Shown here one piece after another: positions 10,913-23,640 of a DNA stretch of 64,000 bases. Source of the stretch: Octopus sinensis (Eukaryota). How positions within the stretch are numbered: position 1 is the stretch's first letter; each line of letters starts with the position of its first letter. The notes beneath the pieces were generated by a model, which saw only the letters and a program-made list of their open reading frames with translations, searched no databases and was not told the origin of the DNA. The DNA lies in NCBI RefSeq assembly GCF_006345805.1, contig NC_043011.1, positions 38,886,464 to 38,950,463 on the forward strand, read 5' to 3'. A program made the translations under genes and the position numbers.

Positions 10913-11323
10913 TTTATTTCGTTCTGCGTTTTAAATTATGCTTTGGAATGTGTATTGATTGCCTCGATGTGTTCCTTCTATAATTGTATTGATTGCCTAG
11001 ATCTGCTCCTTCTCTTCTATAATTGAGCGATCTGTATCTAGTTCTGGAAATTGTATTTTGTAAACGTCAGACTACGCTGACGATCTTGCAGATATCTACG
11101 TGTTTATATACGTAGATATTAACAAGTGAAACCAATGGTACGTAGGTAATCATTTTTTATTTCGTATTTTTTCATTTGTCTTGCTCATTTTTTACATTTT
11201 GGCGTTTTGCTGAGATTTTTTTCTTGAGAACACATTCTTAGTGGTAATGGCGATTTGACATCTGTGTTTAGCATATAGAGTGTCCACTTTAGCGGTCATT
11301 CCTCTTAATTTTGTGTGTGTGTG

Positions 11324-11357
<34 letters not shown>

Positions 11358-11379
11358 GTATGTATATATGTATATATTA

Positions 11380-11710
11380 CATTCCGTTGCTTACGACGGC
11401 TATGGTTCAAGTTGATCCGATCGATAGAACAGCCTACTTGAGCAATTAACATGCAAGTGGCTGAGCATTCCACAGACACGTATACCCTCAACGTATTTCT
11501 CGGGGAGATTCAGAGTAATGACACTGAATGTGACAAGGCCGGCCTTTTGAATTACAGCTGCTACTGCATTTTTCCCCAGCTGAGTGGACTGGAGTAACGT
11601 GAAATAAAGTGTCTTGCTCAAGGGCACAACGCGTCGCCGAGAACTGAATTCGCGACCTTACAATCGAGAACTGATTACCTTAACCACTAGGCCACGAACA
11701 CGCGCCTTCA
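11380..11710 (-). mobile_element. SINE, head C plus tail X
   Basis: tRNA-like head, ttgagcaagacacttta core, tail shared with 31663-32039. Confidence 0.75.
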
Positions 11711-12004
11711 TATACATACATGTGTGTTTGAGTGTGTGGCGGAGTGTTTACCTTTCCGTGACTTGGCGATGAGACCAAAGAGACCAGGATTTAAAAAAAT
11801 AAAATACAGAGGTCAATTCATTTGACTAAAAATCCCCCCAGCAGTGCAGATGTTTAATAACCGAAACAAGTAAAAGATAAAAGATAATGTAGCCATTTTC
11901 CAGAAAGTTCTGAAGAAACAAATAAGGCGGAAGGGCACACTTTTGTAGATATGCTTCTCTGTGTTCCACGTTTGTATACTCATCATAAATATTGCTGTAA
12001 TTTT

Positions 12005-12650
12005 GGCACAAGGCGAGCAGTTTTAAAGGAAGGGGTCTAGTCGATTAGAGCGACTCCAGTACTTAACTGGTACTTAATTTATTGACCCTTGAAAGGATGA
12101 CAGGCAAAGTTGATCTCGGTGGAATTTGAACTCAGATCGCAAAGACGGACGAAATGCCGCTAAGCATTTCACTCGGCGTGCTAACGTTTCTTATTTCTTT
12201 ATTGCCCACAAGGAGCTAAACATAGAGAGAACGAACAAGGACAGACAAAGGGATTAAGTCGATTACATCGACGCCAATGCGTAACTGGTACTTAATTTAT
12301 CGACCTCGAAAGGATGAAAGGCAAAGTCGACCTCTGCGGAATTTGAACTCAGAACGAAATACATTTCGCCCAGCGTTCAAACGTTTCTACCAGCTCGCCG
12401 CCTAACACATTATAGATATCATACACAGAGATATATTGGCTTCAGACTTTGGCACAAGGCCAGCAATTTCGAGAGAGAGAGAGAGAGAATAAGTCGATTC
12501 CATCAACCCTAGGGATCAACTGGTATTTATTTTATCGACGACCTGGAAAGGAAGAAAAATAAAGTCAACCTCGACGGAATTTGAACTCAGAACATAAACA
12601 CGGACGAAATGCCGCTAAGCATTTTGCGCTGCGTGCAAACGATTTTGCCA
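12005..12650 (-). mobile_element. cluster of SINE family B copies
   Basis: Three B cores with short and long tail types. Confidence 0.8.
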
Positions 12651-13362
12651 GCATGCTGTCTTTGTGCGCAGATGTATTTGAAACATTCAATTGTGGGTAT
12701 TTGCTTTTTACGTTGTAAATCCTGACTGGATTGACGTTGCTTTCCACTCCTCCAAGGCTCGGAAAAATAAAAGTCCAATGCTAGATTTTAGTGAAATTAA
12801 ATTTTTTTTTTTTTCATCGACATTTTGTCCAAAACTTGCCTTCCTCTCAACAGAGGAAATAAATATTTTTGCCAACCTGTTTTCTCTATTTTCAAAGAAG
12901 TAATCTCACTCTATTTTCTAAAGAATTTTTACTGCCTTTTTATATCACGGAGTGGGGGTTTCTTATGCGGAAACATTTCCTTTATAACAATCTTTGTTTC
13001 ATCTGTTGACATCTGAAGCGTTTTTAGTCAAAACCTTCATCAGGCAATAACCCCAAGGTTTGTTGCGATTCCCACAAAATCGAATATTTTAAGGAACACA
13101 CCTAATTAAAGATTTCTCTTTCCACAAAGGTAGCTGCTGCAGGTAATATAATCCCTTGCCTTCACATCGCCCCTATTGTATTTATTTATTTATTATTTAT
13201 TCATTCATTCATTTTGTTCTCTTCAACATGAAAAGTATTTGTCTTCAGAATCTCAACACCTGCCTTAACTTTAGTTACTTGATTTCATTTGCAACTGGTT
13301 TTCATCTTTGCTGGCGTGTTTATGTATGTTGATGTATAAGCGTTTGTCGGAGTGGGACTTAC

Positions 13363-13506
13363 TGGTTTGCTGTTCCTAACCTCTCTTTCTGATACAGTTA
13401 GGGTGAGATGGGCGAACCAATTAGTCTTACGCTTCGTGTGATCTTGTAGCAGAGTGCCAAACGTTGCTTATCAATCAAGCCGCTGTTAACGCTTATTCCT
13501 TTGGGT
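13363..13506 (-). other. exon-like 144-nt segment
   Basis: gtgtctttgtgcag| acceptor, CCA|GTAAGT donor; stops in all frames unless the internal donor at 13430 is used. Confidence 0.2.
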
Positions 13507-14827
13507 CTGCACAAAGACACACGGTCAATATGACCTCAAAATAGCATGAAAATCTTTAATAAAGAAAAAAAACACCAAGAAATTACTCAACGAATGAACT
13601 TTCTTTACATGTTTCAGCAAATAGCTGTAGAAGGACAATCTCGATAAATTTTTTAAGGTCCATACTGTTTGTGTTGCTATTTAGGCTCAAGTCACCCCTG
13701 AACGAGAAGACCAACGATCCAAGACAAACCAGTCGTAGCCACTCCCTTTTTTTCTCACATGCAGGAAACCCAGAAACATATTATCCAGTAAATCCCTTTA
13801 CAATTAAATATTCTTTTCTACTCTTAGCACAAGGACCGAAAATTTTTCGGGTAGTGGGGCAGTTGATTAGATGAAACGCAGTACTTAACTGGTAAATTTA
13901 TCGACTGGCCCCTTCCCCACAAAAAATTTCGAGCCTTGTACCTAGAGCAGAAAAGAAAAGATGTGTCATGTTATTTAAGAGAAATTTAGAAGCTATTTCG
14001 CGCGTGTGAAACAACTGTGCAGCCCTAGAGTTTCATGAGGACCTGGAATCGAACGCAACCCTAACGCAAAACCAATAGCTTCAATATCTTATATATCAAT
14101 CACATAGATATGCCGGCGTCAAACTTCAACATGTGTGTGTGAGAGAGAGAGAGAGAGAGTGTGTGTGTGTACCCGAGTGGATGTATGCGTGCGTGTGTGC
14201 GTGAATATGTATATATGCATATGAGATAACTTCCACACATTCAATAAATTTTTGGTCGTTAGATGCAAGTGAAAATGAAGTAAAACTTGCTTAGCGGAAT
14301 CTACAGAAGATTTGCAAATGATCTTCTATATCAGGAAACATCAAAGACACTTTTATATAAATAATATTATTAATATTCCTGGATATAGAATTCAGTGGAT
14401 TACAAAAATTGTAAAGCGCCGAAGAAAACGGTAAATGCTAAACAGTAATTTTAGTACGTCTTTTGAATTCTAGTTAAAAATCCCGCCGGCGCCATTTTAT
14501 CTTTCATCCTTTCGGGGACGATAGAATATTTAATCAGCTTTGGTCTTCCATAAATATTTGCAACCTGTAGTGATGTGAAAGTAGGACATCAATTTTGCTG
14601 GTGAGAGGGCGGTGCGTTGGTGGTGGTATTGGTGGTGGTGGTGGTGGTGGTATATTGCAAGTAAACAAGTACAGCAAAAAAAAAATGAAATTGAAATCAC
14701 GAGAAGACAAGTGATCATACGTAAGATTTCTATATGAAGTGTGTGTATGTGTGTGAGCATATGTATGTGTGGAAGTGTCTTTATATGTATGTGTGTGTGT
14801 ATGTGTGTTTATATATAAGATATACAG

Positions 14828-14918
<91 letters not shown>

Positions 14919-14921
14919 ATA

Positions 14922-15270
14922 GGCGCAGGAGTGGTTGTGTGGTAAGTGGCTTGCTTACCAACTACATGGTTCTGGGTTCAGTCCCACTGCGTGGCACCTT
15001 GAACAGGTGTCTTCTACTATAGCCTCAGGCCGACCAAAACCTTGTAAGTGAACTTGGTAGACGGAAACTGAAAGAAGCCTTTAATATATGTGTATGTGTG
15101 CTTGTGTGTCTGTGTTTGTCACCCCAACATCGCCTGACAACCGATGCTAGTGTGTTTACGTCCCCGTAACTTAGCGGTTCGGCAAAAGAGACCGATAGAA
15201 TAAGTATTAGGCTTACAAAGAATAAGTCCTGCGGCCGATTTGCTCGACTAAAGGCAGTGCTCCAGCATGG
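14922..15270 (+). mobile_element. SINE family A, near full length
   Basis: ggcgcaggagtgg head after (TA)n; tail truncated. Confidence 0.9.
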
Positions 15271-15315
15271 CCTATATTTGTATATATATATATATATATG
15301 TAAATAATTTAGAGT

Positions 15316-15450
15316 GTCACCAAAGGAGATCTATAAAATAACATAGCGGTTCGCCAAAGAATATCGATAAAATATCATGGTGGTTCGCAAAATTTAATCG
15401 ATAAAATAAGTTAGCTGTTCGCCAAAGGACATCGATTAAATAACCCTCGC
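15316..15450. repeat. ~38-bp minisatellite, 3-4 units
   Basis: Recurring gttcgccaaag...atcgataaaata. Confidence 0.65.
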
Positions 15451-15787
15451 TTTCTCCTCTCCCATTTATAAAAAATTCGATTTCCGCGCTCAAATTACAA
15501 ATTTGCTTCCACTTTACCATGTTGAAAATTAGATTGAAATCGGGCAAAATTTGTCCTATCTAGACCCCCCAAAATCAATAAAATCCCCGTTTTCACGATA
15601 AAGCAACCACTGTAGCGCCCTAAAACGTCTCCCAATCAATTTCTCACCTCAAGTTTCCCCCTCCTGTAAATTTTAGTCCCCTTCCTGCCCCATTTTACAT
15701 AATCCCCTTTTAATCCCCTTCCTGCCTCTTTTTACATAAAAATTCAATTTGTATCAACGTTCGCCTTCATTTTATAGATTAGACATA

Positions 15788-16110
15788 CCGTAAATCCTCG
15801 AGTATAGTCCGCCCTTGAGTATAATACGTAGAGGATTTTTAGGGGTCTGTACCTCTGAAAAACCTAAACCTTTTGTATAATACGCACCCCTTCTCTAACT
15901 TAACTCAAGGAGGTCTATATAACGTCCTTGGTTTGTAAAAATGTATACAATAACGTCCTTTATTATTGCCTTCTTGCCTTCTTTATCTTTGGTATCTGTT
16001 TAATTTCATCTTTATTTATTCTCCATAACCTGACATTGCTTTCGTCAAAATCAAATTTTCTTCCGGTGGTAATGAACCTCTTACTTCAGTTTTACAAATT
16101 TTTGGACTAA
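15788..16110 (-). mobile_element. pogo/Tigger-like DNA transposon fragment
   Basis: TA|CCGTAAATCCTCGAGTATA terminus; minus peptide RKFDFDESNVRLWRINKDEIKQ resembles the N-terminal HTH. Confidence 0.5.
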
Positions 16111-16229
16111 TAGTCCATTTAAGAATTGGGGCGTTAAGCTCCCAAACATAATAGCATGCAATAAACATTAAACACTGAGGCTTTTCAAACTTTTGTCATT
16201 ATCCCTTATGACCGTATTACTGCACCATT

Positions 16230-17190
16230 CCCCACGCCTCATTCAAGACCAAGGCGGGATCCGAGCCGGCGTCGCCCGGCCACAAGCGATATTCCCCATT
16301 GAGTTCTCGCAGCCTACACCCCCACAGACACCGTTATGACCTCCACAGCTAGCTGTGGAGGCCATTCGGGATCCTGTGTGAAGGCTAAAGGTACTCCCTA
16401 ATGGTACCCTTCCACCACCCCTTCTACCTCTCCGCCTCTGTAGAAGAAGACCAAAAGTTCCTCCGGGTTCGAGGTAGTCAATTCTACCGTTGGCGGCACA
16501 GTTCCCCCAGCGGAATCTCTTCCCCTACCGGTGGCACAACTCCTACCGGTAACGTTCCGGGACATTCCGGTGCTATGTCACCGACTGCCAGCAATGTCCC
16601 GTTTCTCCTCCTCTACCTCTTTTTTCCTCTCAATTGAGGGAGGGTGCGTGTCCTTCGTGACCGGGAGATTCACCTCCTTTACCTCATCCCCAGGATCCTT
16701 CGTTGAGCACCCATTGTTGCTCATCTTCTTCCCTTGCGGCCCTTCCCTGAGGAGTCCTCCGTCTCCTCAGCCACCATCGTTCCCTCTTTTACAGAGGTCT
16801 CCAGGACTCCGCCTTGCTCCCGAGGACATTTCTTCTTTATATGGCCGGGCCCCAGGTACTGATGACACCTGCGGGGGTGGGAGCGACCCTCAAGAATCAC
16901 CGGGTACCTGCACCCGGCCATTTTCAAAGTATCTGGCATAACTAGACTCATGGCTGATTGGGTCCACAGGGTCAAAACAGCTTTTGACCCAACCCAGTCA
17001 GCCGCAGGAAGAATTTTCACATTGAGGAGCTTGGCTCCGCTGCCACCCAGATCCCGACGGGTTTCTATTTTCAATGGCAACGCTTCAAAATGCGATGGAT
17101 GTTTGATTTTTTTTAATTCTGTCTTCGACTGTAATCACAGCCCACCCGACCTCTTCAGAATAAATTTGGTTGACAGGAATTGTATGGAAT
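16230..17190 (-). pseudogene. L1/Tx1-like non-LTR retrotransposon ORF1 remnant
   Basis: MPDTLKMAGCRYPVILEGRSHPRRCHQYLGPGHIKKKCP: decayed CCHC knuckle with typical upstream context; GC-rich; stops present. Confidence 0.6.
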
Positions 17191-17853
17191 GTGCCTGATG
17201 TGTGTGTGTGTCTGTCTATCTGTGTGCGCGCGTGTATGACTGCGTGTGCGTGTGTGTGTCTGTCTGACTGTCAGTGTGGGCACGCGTATGACTGTGTGCG
17301 TGTGTGTGTGTGTGTCTGTCTGTGTCTGTGTCTGTGTGCGCGCTTGTATGACTGTGTGTACCTGTGTGTATGCGTGTTTCTGTGTATTGGTGCGTTTATT
17401 ATTGCTGCTGTTGCTGCTGCGACCACCATCACCAACACCACCACCGCCACCACCACCACCATCACCAACACCACTACCGCCACCACCACCACCATCACTA
17501 CAACTACTTAGTTCTAAACCAAACTAATAAGAACTGGTGTGATTTGAATGCATCTGGAAGCCTCATATTATTTCGCTACTCACCGGTTTTGTTTTCGGTT
17601 GTACCTTTGCCCTTCCGTACATCCATTTGCCATATTTGTGCCAGTTTATTTTAATTCTTATTTAAATTCATGTCTAAAAAGACCGGCAGGAAGCCAATTT
17701 GTTCTTGGAAAAATCAGAAAAGAAATATTTTATACTTTAGTAACAATAAAAAGAGTTGATTTACTCGAGAGAATATTTCAATGGCTTAATAAAGATCAAT
17801 TTATCTACTGTCTCGCCATTTTGTTGATTAATTTTTATGATCTGTGTGGTTTT

Positions 17854-18085
17854 CTCTTTTACTCTTCACTCTTTTACTTGCTTCAGTCATTTGACTGTGG
17901 TCATGCTGGAGCACCGCCTTTAGTCGAGCAAATCGACCCCAGGCCAGGACTTTATTCTTTGTAAGCCTAGTACTTGTTCTATCGGTGTATTTTGCCGAAC
18001 CACTAAGTTACAGGGACGTAGTCACACCAGCATCGGTTGTCAAGCGGTGTTGGGGGGGGTTACAAACACAGACACGCAAACATAT

Positions 18086-18132
<47 letters not shown>

Positions 18133-18285
18133 ATATATACATATATACGGCAGGCTTCTTTCAGTTTCCGTCCACTATAATCCACTCACAAGGCTACAGT
18201 AGAAGACACTTGCTCAAGGTGCCACGCAGTGAGACTGAACACGGAACGATGTAGTTCGCAAGCAAGCTACTTACCACAGCCACTC
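17854..18285 (-). mobile_element. SINE family A, left arm of head-to-head pair
   Basis: Tail-to-head match to other copies. Confidence 0.9.
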
Positions 18286-18286
18286 T

Positions 18287-18657
18287 TTGCTTACGAACCA
18301 CATGGTTCCGGGTTCAGTCCCACTGCGTGGCACCTTGGGCAAGTGTCTTCTACTATAGCCTCGGACCGACCAAAGCCTTGTGAGTGGATTTGGTAGTCGG
18401 AAACTGAAAGAATCCCGTCGTATATATGTATATATATATGTGTGTGTTTGTGTGTCTGTGTTTGTCCCCACAACATCGCTTGACAACCGATGTTGGTGTG
18501 TTTACGTCCCCGTAACTTAGCGGTTCGGCAAAAGAGACCGATGGAATGAGTACTAGGCTTACAAAGAATAAGTCCTCGGGTCGATTTGCTCGACTACAGG
18601 CGTTGCTCCAGCATGGCCACAGTGAAATGACTGAAACAAGTAAAAGAGTAAAAGAGT
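18287..18657 (+). mobile_element. SINE family A, right arm of head-to-head pair
   Basis: Starts inside the head directly after the left copy. Confidence 0.9.
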
Positions 18658-19079
18658 AATACTTTAATTACAAAGATTATTAATCAATATTCAGAAGGAG
18701 GCAAACTGGTAGAACCGTTAGCACGCCGGACAAAATGCATAACGGCATTTCGTTCGTCGTTGCGTTCTGCGTTCAAAGGCCTCCGAAGTTGACTTTGCCT
18801 TTCATCTTTTCGGAGTCAATGAAATAAGTACGAGTTGAGTACCGGAGTCGATGCAAGCGATTAGCCTCCCTCCTCTAAAACTTCTAGCCTTCTTCCTACA
18901 GCAGAAAGGGTTTTGAAATTAGTGTCGTTTGACATGAAAGAGCGAAAGGGAAAACAGTAGGAGTAGCGTACATTTTTACGAGACTCTTTTTTTTTTTAAG
19001 CTTTTCGGTTTTGTATCATTTCTCATCAACGTAAAAACCCGAAACGGCTGTAATTCTAGATGAGAACTCCCTGTATCTC

Positions 19080-19390
19080 TCTATCATGTTCACACTGTAT
19101 CTATCTGGGTATCCCTGTTGTTTTACTTTATTACCTAACTTTTTTACATTTCCTTTAACTGTCTATCTTTTTTACACCCTACCGCTTTGTCTCTCTGTTT
19201 TACACTCTAGCTTTCTATCTCTTTGACACTCCATTTATCTGTCTATCTATTTCACACTGTATCTATCTATTTCCATTCTATCTATCGAACTTTTTCACAC
19301 TCTAGCCATCTATCTATCTCTTTCACACTCACTGTCGTTGCCTTTCTTTGTCTCTCTACATAATTGCCTATTTCATTTACATTCACACTC
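19080..19390. repeat. degenerate minisatellite with ttcacact core
   Basis: About ten (t)ttacac(t/c) motifs spaced 20-35 bp by ctat/ctct filler. Confidence 0.6.
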
Positions 19391-19406
19391 CAGCAATATA
19401 TATATA

Positions 19407-19466
<60 letters not shown>

Positions 19467-19616
19467 ACATTCTAGCAACCTGTCTGTCTCTTTTACACTG
19501 TCGTATTTCGCTATATTTTAGTTTAATTTCTATTTTTATTTCAACAGTATGAATTTTACAGTAAAGGTGTGTATATATCTACATGTTTTGCCAGTGTACA
19601 TAAATATATTTATGCA

Positions 19617-19658
<42 letters not shown>

Positions 19659-19830
19659 AGTTTCAGTTTCTTTGTCTACCTTGATATATTTTAGTTTAAC
19701 ATCTTATTTCTACTGTTTGAATTTTATATGTATGCCATATTTCTTTTGAGCAAATGTAGCTTGCTGACAAAATTATTTATCTGAAAAATTAAAAGTACTG
19801 GGTATTTCTTATCTCAATAGTCTTGAAGTC

Positions 19831-20240
19831 AAAGGCAGCGATAGCTGGCAGAAACGTTAGCACGCCGGGCGAAATGCTTAACTGCATTTCGTCCGTCTTT
19901 AAGTTCTGAGTTCAAGTTCCGCCGAGGCCGACTTTGCCTTTCATCCTTTGGGGGTCAATTAAATAAGTACCAGTTACGCACTGGGGTCGATATAATCGAC
20001 TTAATCCGTTTGTCTGTCCTTGTTTGTCCTCTCTGTCATTAGCCCCTTGTGGGTAGTAAAGAAATAGGTACTTCCTCTGCCGTTACGTTCTGAGTTCAAA
20101 TTCCGCCGAGGTTGACTTTGCCTTTCATCCTTTCGTGGTCAATAAAATTAAGTACCAGTTGCTTACTGGGGTCGATCTAACCGATTGCTCCCCCCCTCCT
20201 CCCACAAAATTTCGGACCTTGTGCCAAGAGCAGAAAAAAC
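19831..20240 (+). mobile_element. SINE family B hybrid dimer (long-tail unit plus short-tail unit)
   Basis: 12-bp TSD agtcttgaagtc at 19819-19830 and 20241-20252. Confidence 0.8.
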
Positions 20241-20244
20241 AGTC

Positions 20245-20420
20245 TTGAAGTCGCTTCATGTAGCTTATCAAGGAAACTTCCCTAGCCTTTCTGTAGAACT
20301 AGCGTAGGTCTTGGTTCAGTTCGAAAGTCCACTGGTATTTTCCTCAATGGTTCCGCTATCTGCGATAGTTAACTCTGGTTTCTTTCGTCACCATTGTAAA
20401 TGTATAGTGATTTTCCGGGT
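20245..20420 (-). pseudogene. possible N-terminal fragment of an R4/Dong-type ORF
   Basis: Decayed peptide KYQWTFELNQDLR*FYRKAREVSLISYMKRLQD. Confidence 0.35.
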
Positions 20421-20613
20421 GGAATGGTTGTCATTGCTATGATCTTTTTAAAAAAGGTTGTTTCTAAACATTTGCTCATAGAAGATACGAATTTCTTTTA
20501 CCAAGCTTGCATTAAACACAAAAATTATTAGGGATAGTATTCATTTATCCAGAGGAAGGAAAAGTCCTCTATGACAAAATGTCTGTATACGATGTCATAA
20601 TGAATATGCTTGC

Positions 20614-20645
<32 letters not shown>

Positions 20646-20726
20646 GCAGTAACAGCATTGTAACTACACACGTGCTGTTGGTGATTTTTTTCCTTCTTTG
20701 GGCCTTTCCTTTTTTCGTCTTCCCTT

Positions 20727-20757
20727 CCGACGAAGAGTTATGCTCGAAACGTCAAAA
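20727..20757 (+). ncRNA. minimal type I hammerhead-like motif in a Penelope-type repeat
   Basis: CCGACGA-a-gagt(tat)gctc-GAAAC-GTC; stem I weak. Confidence 0.4.
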
Positions 20758-21081
20758 CCTATTTCTTGTTACCAAGCGTCAAACTAATGCATTCTATGTG
20801 CACGTCCTTTTGTAAATGTTCGTTTATTCAATTTGACCATAAGTATATGTATATGTATGTATGTAAATTATGCATGTATGTACGTATGTGTGTATGTATG
20901 TATATGTGTTTGTGTATCTATGTATATTTGTTTGTTGGTTTATTTATTTGTTTTTGTTGATTTTTTTTCTTGTATGTTTGACCCGGGTACGACTTTAAAC
21001 TGCATCCTGTAGCGGAGGCCTGATTCAGGAGTTCCAGAGATTTGAGGACAGTCGAACCACCTCTTTAGTCTTTATCGTTCC

Positions 21082-21325
21082 GTGGAGGTGCGTGGCTTAC
21101 TGGTTAGCATGTTAGACTCATGATCGTAAGATTGTAGTTTCAATTCTTGGACTGGGCAACCCGTTGTGTTCTTGAACAAAATACTTTTCACGTTACTCCA
21201 GTCCACCTCTGTTGACAAAAATGAATTACCCTGCGACGGACCGGCGTCCTGGCCAAGGAGGGGAATATATATGTGTTATGAAACCAGAAAACCGGCCCTT
21301 ATGAGTCGGTATGACTCGAAAAGGT
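21082..21325 (+). mobile_element. SINE, head C plus tail Z
   Basis: gtggaggtgcgtggcttactggttagc head; cctgcgacggaccggcgtcc tail. Confidence 0.75.
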
Positions 21326-21535
21326 AACATTACCTTGCCTTTACTTCTATTGTTCCCAAATCTAATCTGTCCAGTTGTAGTAGTACCTGCCAGGGTCCAG
21401 GCTATGGGTCAACTAGCATATATAACAATACATCTGAGCGCAGGGACGCAGAAATACCTTTTGTTGGTGTCAGGGCGTACAGTAAACCACCGGAAATGCG
21501 GGATCCCTAGCTGTTGTCACAGCATCCTTCTAGGA

Positions 21536-21703
21536 CAGTGTTCCCCTTCCGGTATGCCGCAGCACACTGGTGTGCCGCAGGGTAACCTGAATATAATTAT
21601 TTTCCCTATACTTTTAGATATATTTTTTTAGTTCAGGTGTGCCGCCGAATTTTGAAAAGAATATAATTGTACCACAAGTGAAAAAAAAGGTTGAACAGCA
21701 CTG
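21536..21703. mobile_element. hAT MITE, 168 bp
   Basis: CAGTG...CACTG termini; 8-bp TSD ttctagga/ttctaaga; gtgtgccgc subterminal motifs. Confidence 0.85.
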
Positions 21704-22054
21704 TTCTAAGAGAGGGACAATCTGATGTAAAACTTGTGGTTCCACGTGATTATTGGTCATCTTGCTTGGACCTGTCACCCGGTACCAAACACGGAGACTC
21801 AGAGAGTGGTACTCGTATTGTATTAGCGTTTATCATTATAATCAATTGACGCACATTTCGTGAGGTGATTGATAATGTGTTAATAGCGACACCTACTGGT
21901 CTTGAAGAGAGTTTGAAAAATTATGCGCAGACAACTGTGTGTGGTTATTTTTGTCTGCACGGAGTCTCCAAGCGGAATATGGTATGGATGGTTGGTCGAT
22001 CGGTCGGTTGATTGATTGGTTGGTAATGAGAGGGATACGGAGATAGATAGATAC

Positions 22055-22126
<72 letters not shown>

Positions 22127-22281
22127 GTAGGTGGTTAGGTAGGTAGGTAGGTAGGTAGGTAGTAGGTAGGTAGGTAGGTAGACACAAACACAGACAGACA
22201 CACAGTCAGACAGACAGACCGGCAGGCAGGCAGACAGACAGACAGACAGACATGCAGACAGACAGACAGACAGACAGACAT

Positions 22282-22346
<65 letters not shown>

Positions 22347-22992
22347 CAAAAGGTTGAGGAACACTGTTCTAGGAGAGGGACAATCTGATGTAAAACTTGC
22401 GGTTTCTCGTGATTATTGGTCATCTTGCTTGGACCTGTCACTCGGTACCAAACACGGAGACTCAGAGAGTGGTACTCGTATTGTATTAGCGTTTATCATT
22501 ATAATCAAATGACGCACATATGTATATTTGTTGTCATCTACTTCCAATGCCGATGGAAGAGTGGCAACCAGCAGACCTCACCGGTTGGAGGCGCACATTA
22601 AGTTGCGATTTTAGTCCCCCAGCTACGCTTCAAAACATGCATATTTGTAGTGGGGCTGAATAGTCATCTGAGAGGTCATGAAATCAGAAATATCAGAAAT
22701 GTCAGAAATGTCCTTGACAATGAGGAAGCGTAAGGAGATGGCAATCATTTGTGAAGCAATCCCCATCGATGGATGGATGGATCGATGGATGGATCGATGG
22801 ATGCATGTATATATGTTTGCCTGGATGAGCGTAATGAGTATAATGATAAACGCTAATACAATACGAGTACCACTCTCAGAGTCTCCGTGTTTGGTACCAG
22901 GTGACAGGTCCAAGCAAGATGACCAATAATCACGTGGAACCACAAGTTTTACATCAGATTGTCCCTCTCTTAGAACAGTGCTGCTCAACCTT
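21685..22992. repeat. three copies of hAT end plus ~150-bp flank (two direct, one inverted)
   Basis: 21685-21856, 22348-22519, and inverted 22839-22992. Confidence 0.9.
22535..22800 (+). mobile_element. RTE-like LINE 3' end
   Basis: VGLNSHLRGH C-terminal motif followed by short UTR and (GATG)n tail. Confidence 0.5.
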
Positions 22993-23227
22993 GTGTATGT
23001 ATGCTTCTAAAGATATTTACGTGCACGGATATGTAACTAGATTACCTATTGATTTTTGGTGCAGAATGCGCACTTTATATCACGAGCGGGGAGACAAATC
23101 CCCACCATCTCCAGCGCCAACATCACCGTCATATCACCTCATTTCGACCTTCCTTGGTTTCGTCAATGATGTACGCTTGACTGCTAGAGATAACAGCGAA
23201 TTATCTCACCGGCAGCGATATATAGAA

Positions 23228-23640
23228 GGCAGCGAGCTGGCAGAATCGTTAGCGCGCCGGGCGAAATGCTTAGCGGTATTTCGTCTGTCGTTACGTTGAG
23301 TTCAAATTCCGCCGGGGTCGACTTTGCATTTCATCCTTTCGGGGCCGATAAATTAAGTACCAGTTTCGCACTGGGGTCGATGTAATTGACTTAATCCATT
23401 TGTCTGTCCTTGTTTGTCCCCTCTGTGTTTAGCCCCTTGTGGGTAATAAAGAAATAGGTATTTCGTCTGTCGTTACATTCTGAGTTCAAATTCCGCCGAG
23501 GTCGACTTTGCCTTTCATCCTTTCGGGGTCGATAAATTAAGTACCAGTTTCGCACTGGGGTCGATGTAATTGACTTAATCCATTTGTCTGTCCTTGTTTG
23601 TCCCCTCTATGTGTAGCCCCCTGTGAGTAGTAAAGAAATA
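23228..23640 (+). mobile_element. SINE family B, head plus two tandem 3' units
   Basis: 11-bp TSD gatatatagaa at 23217-23227 and 23641-23651. Confidence 0.85.
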
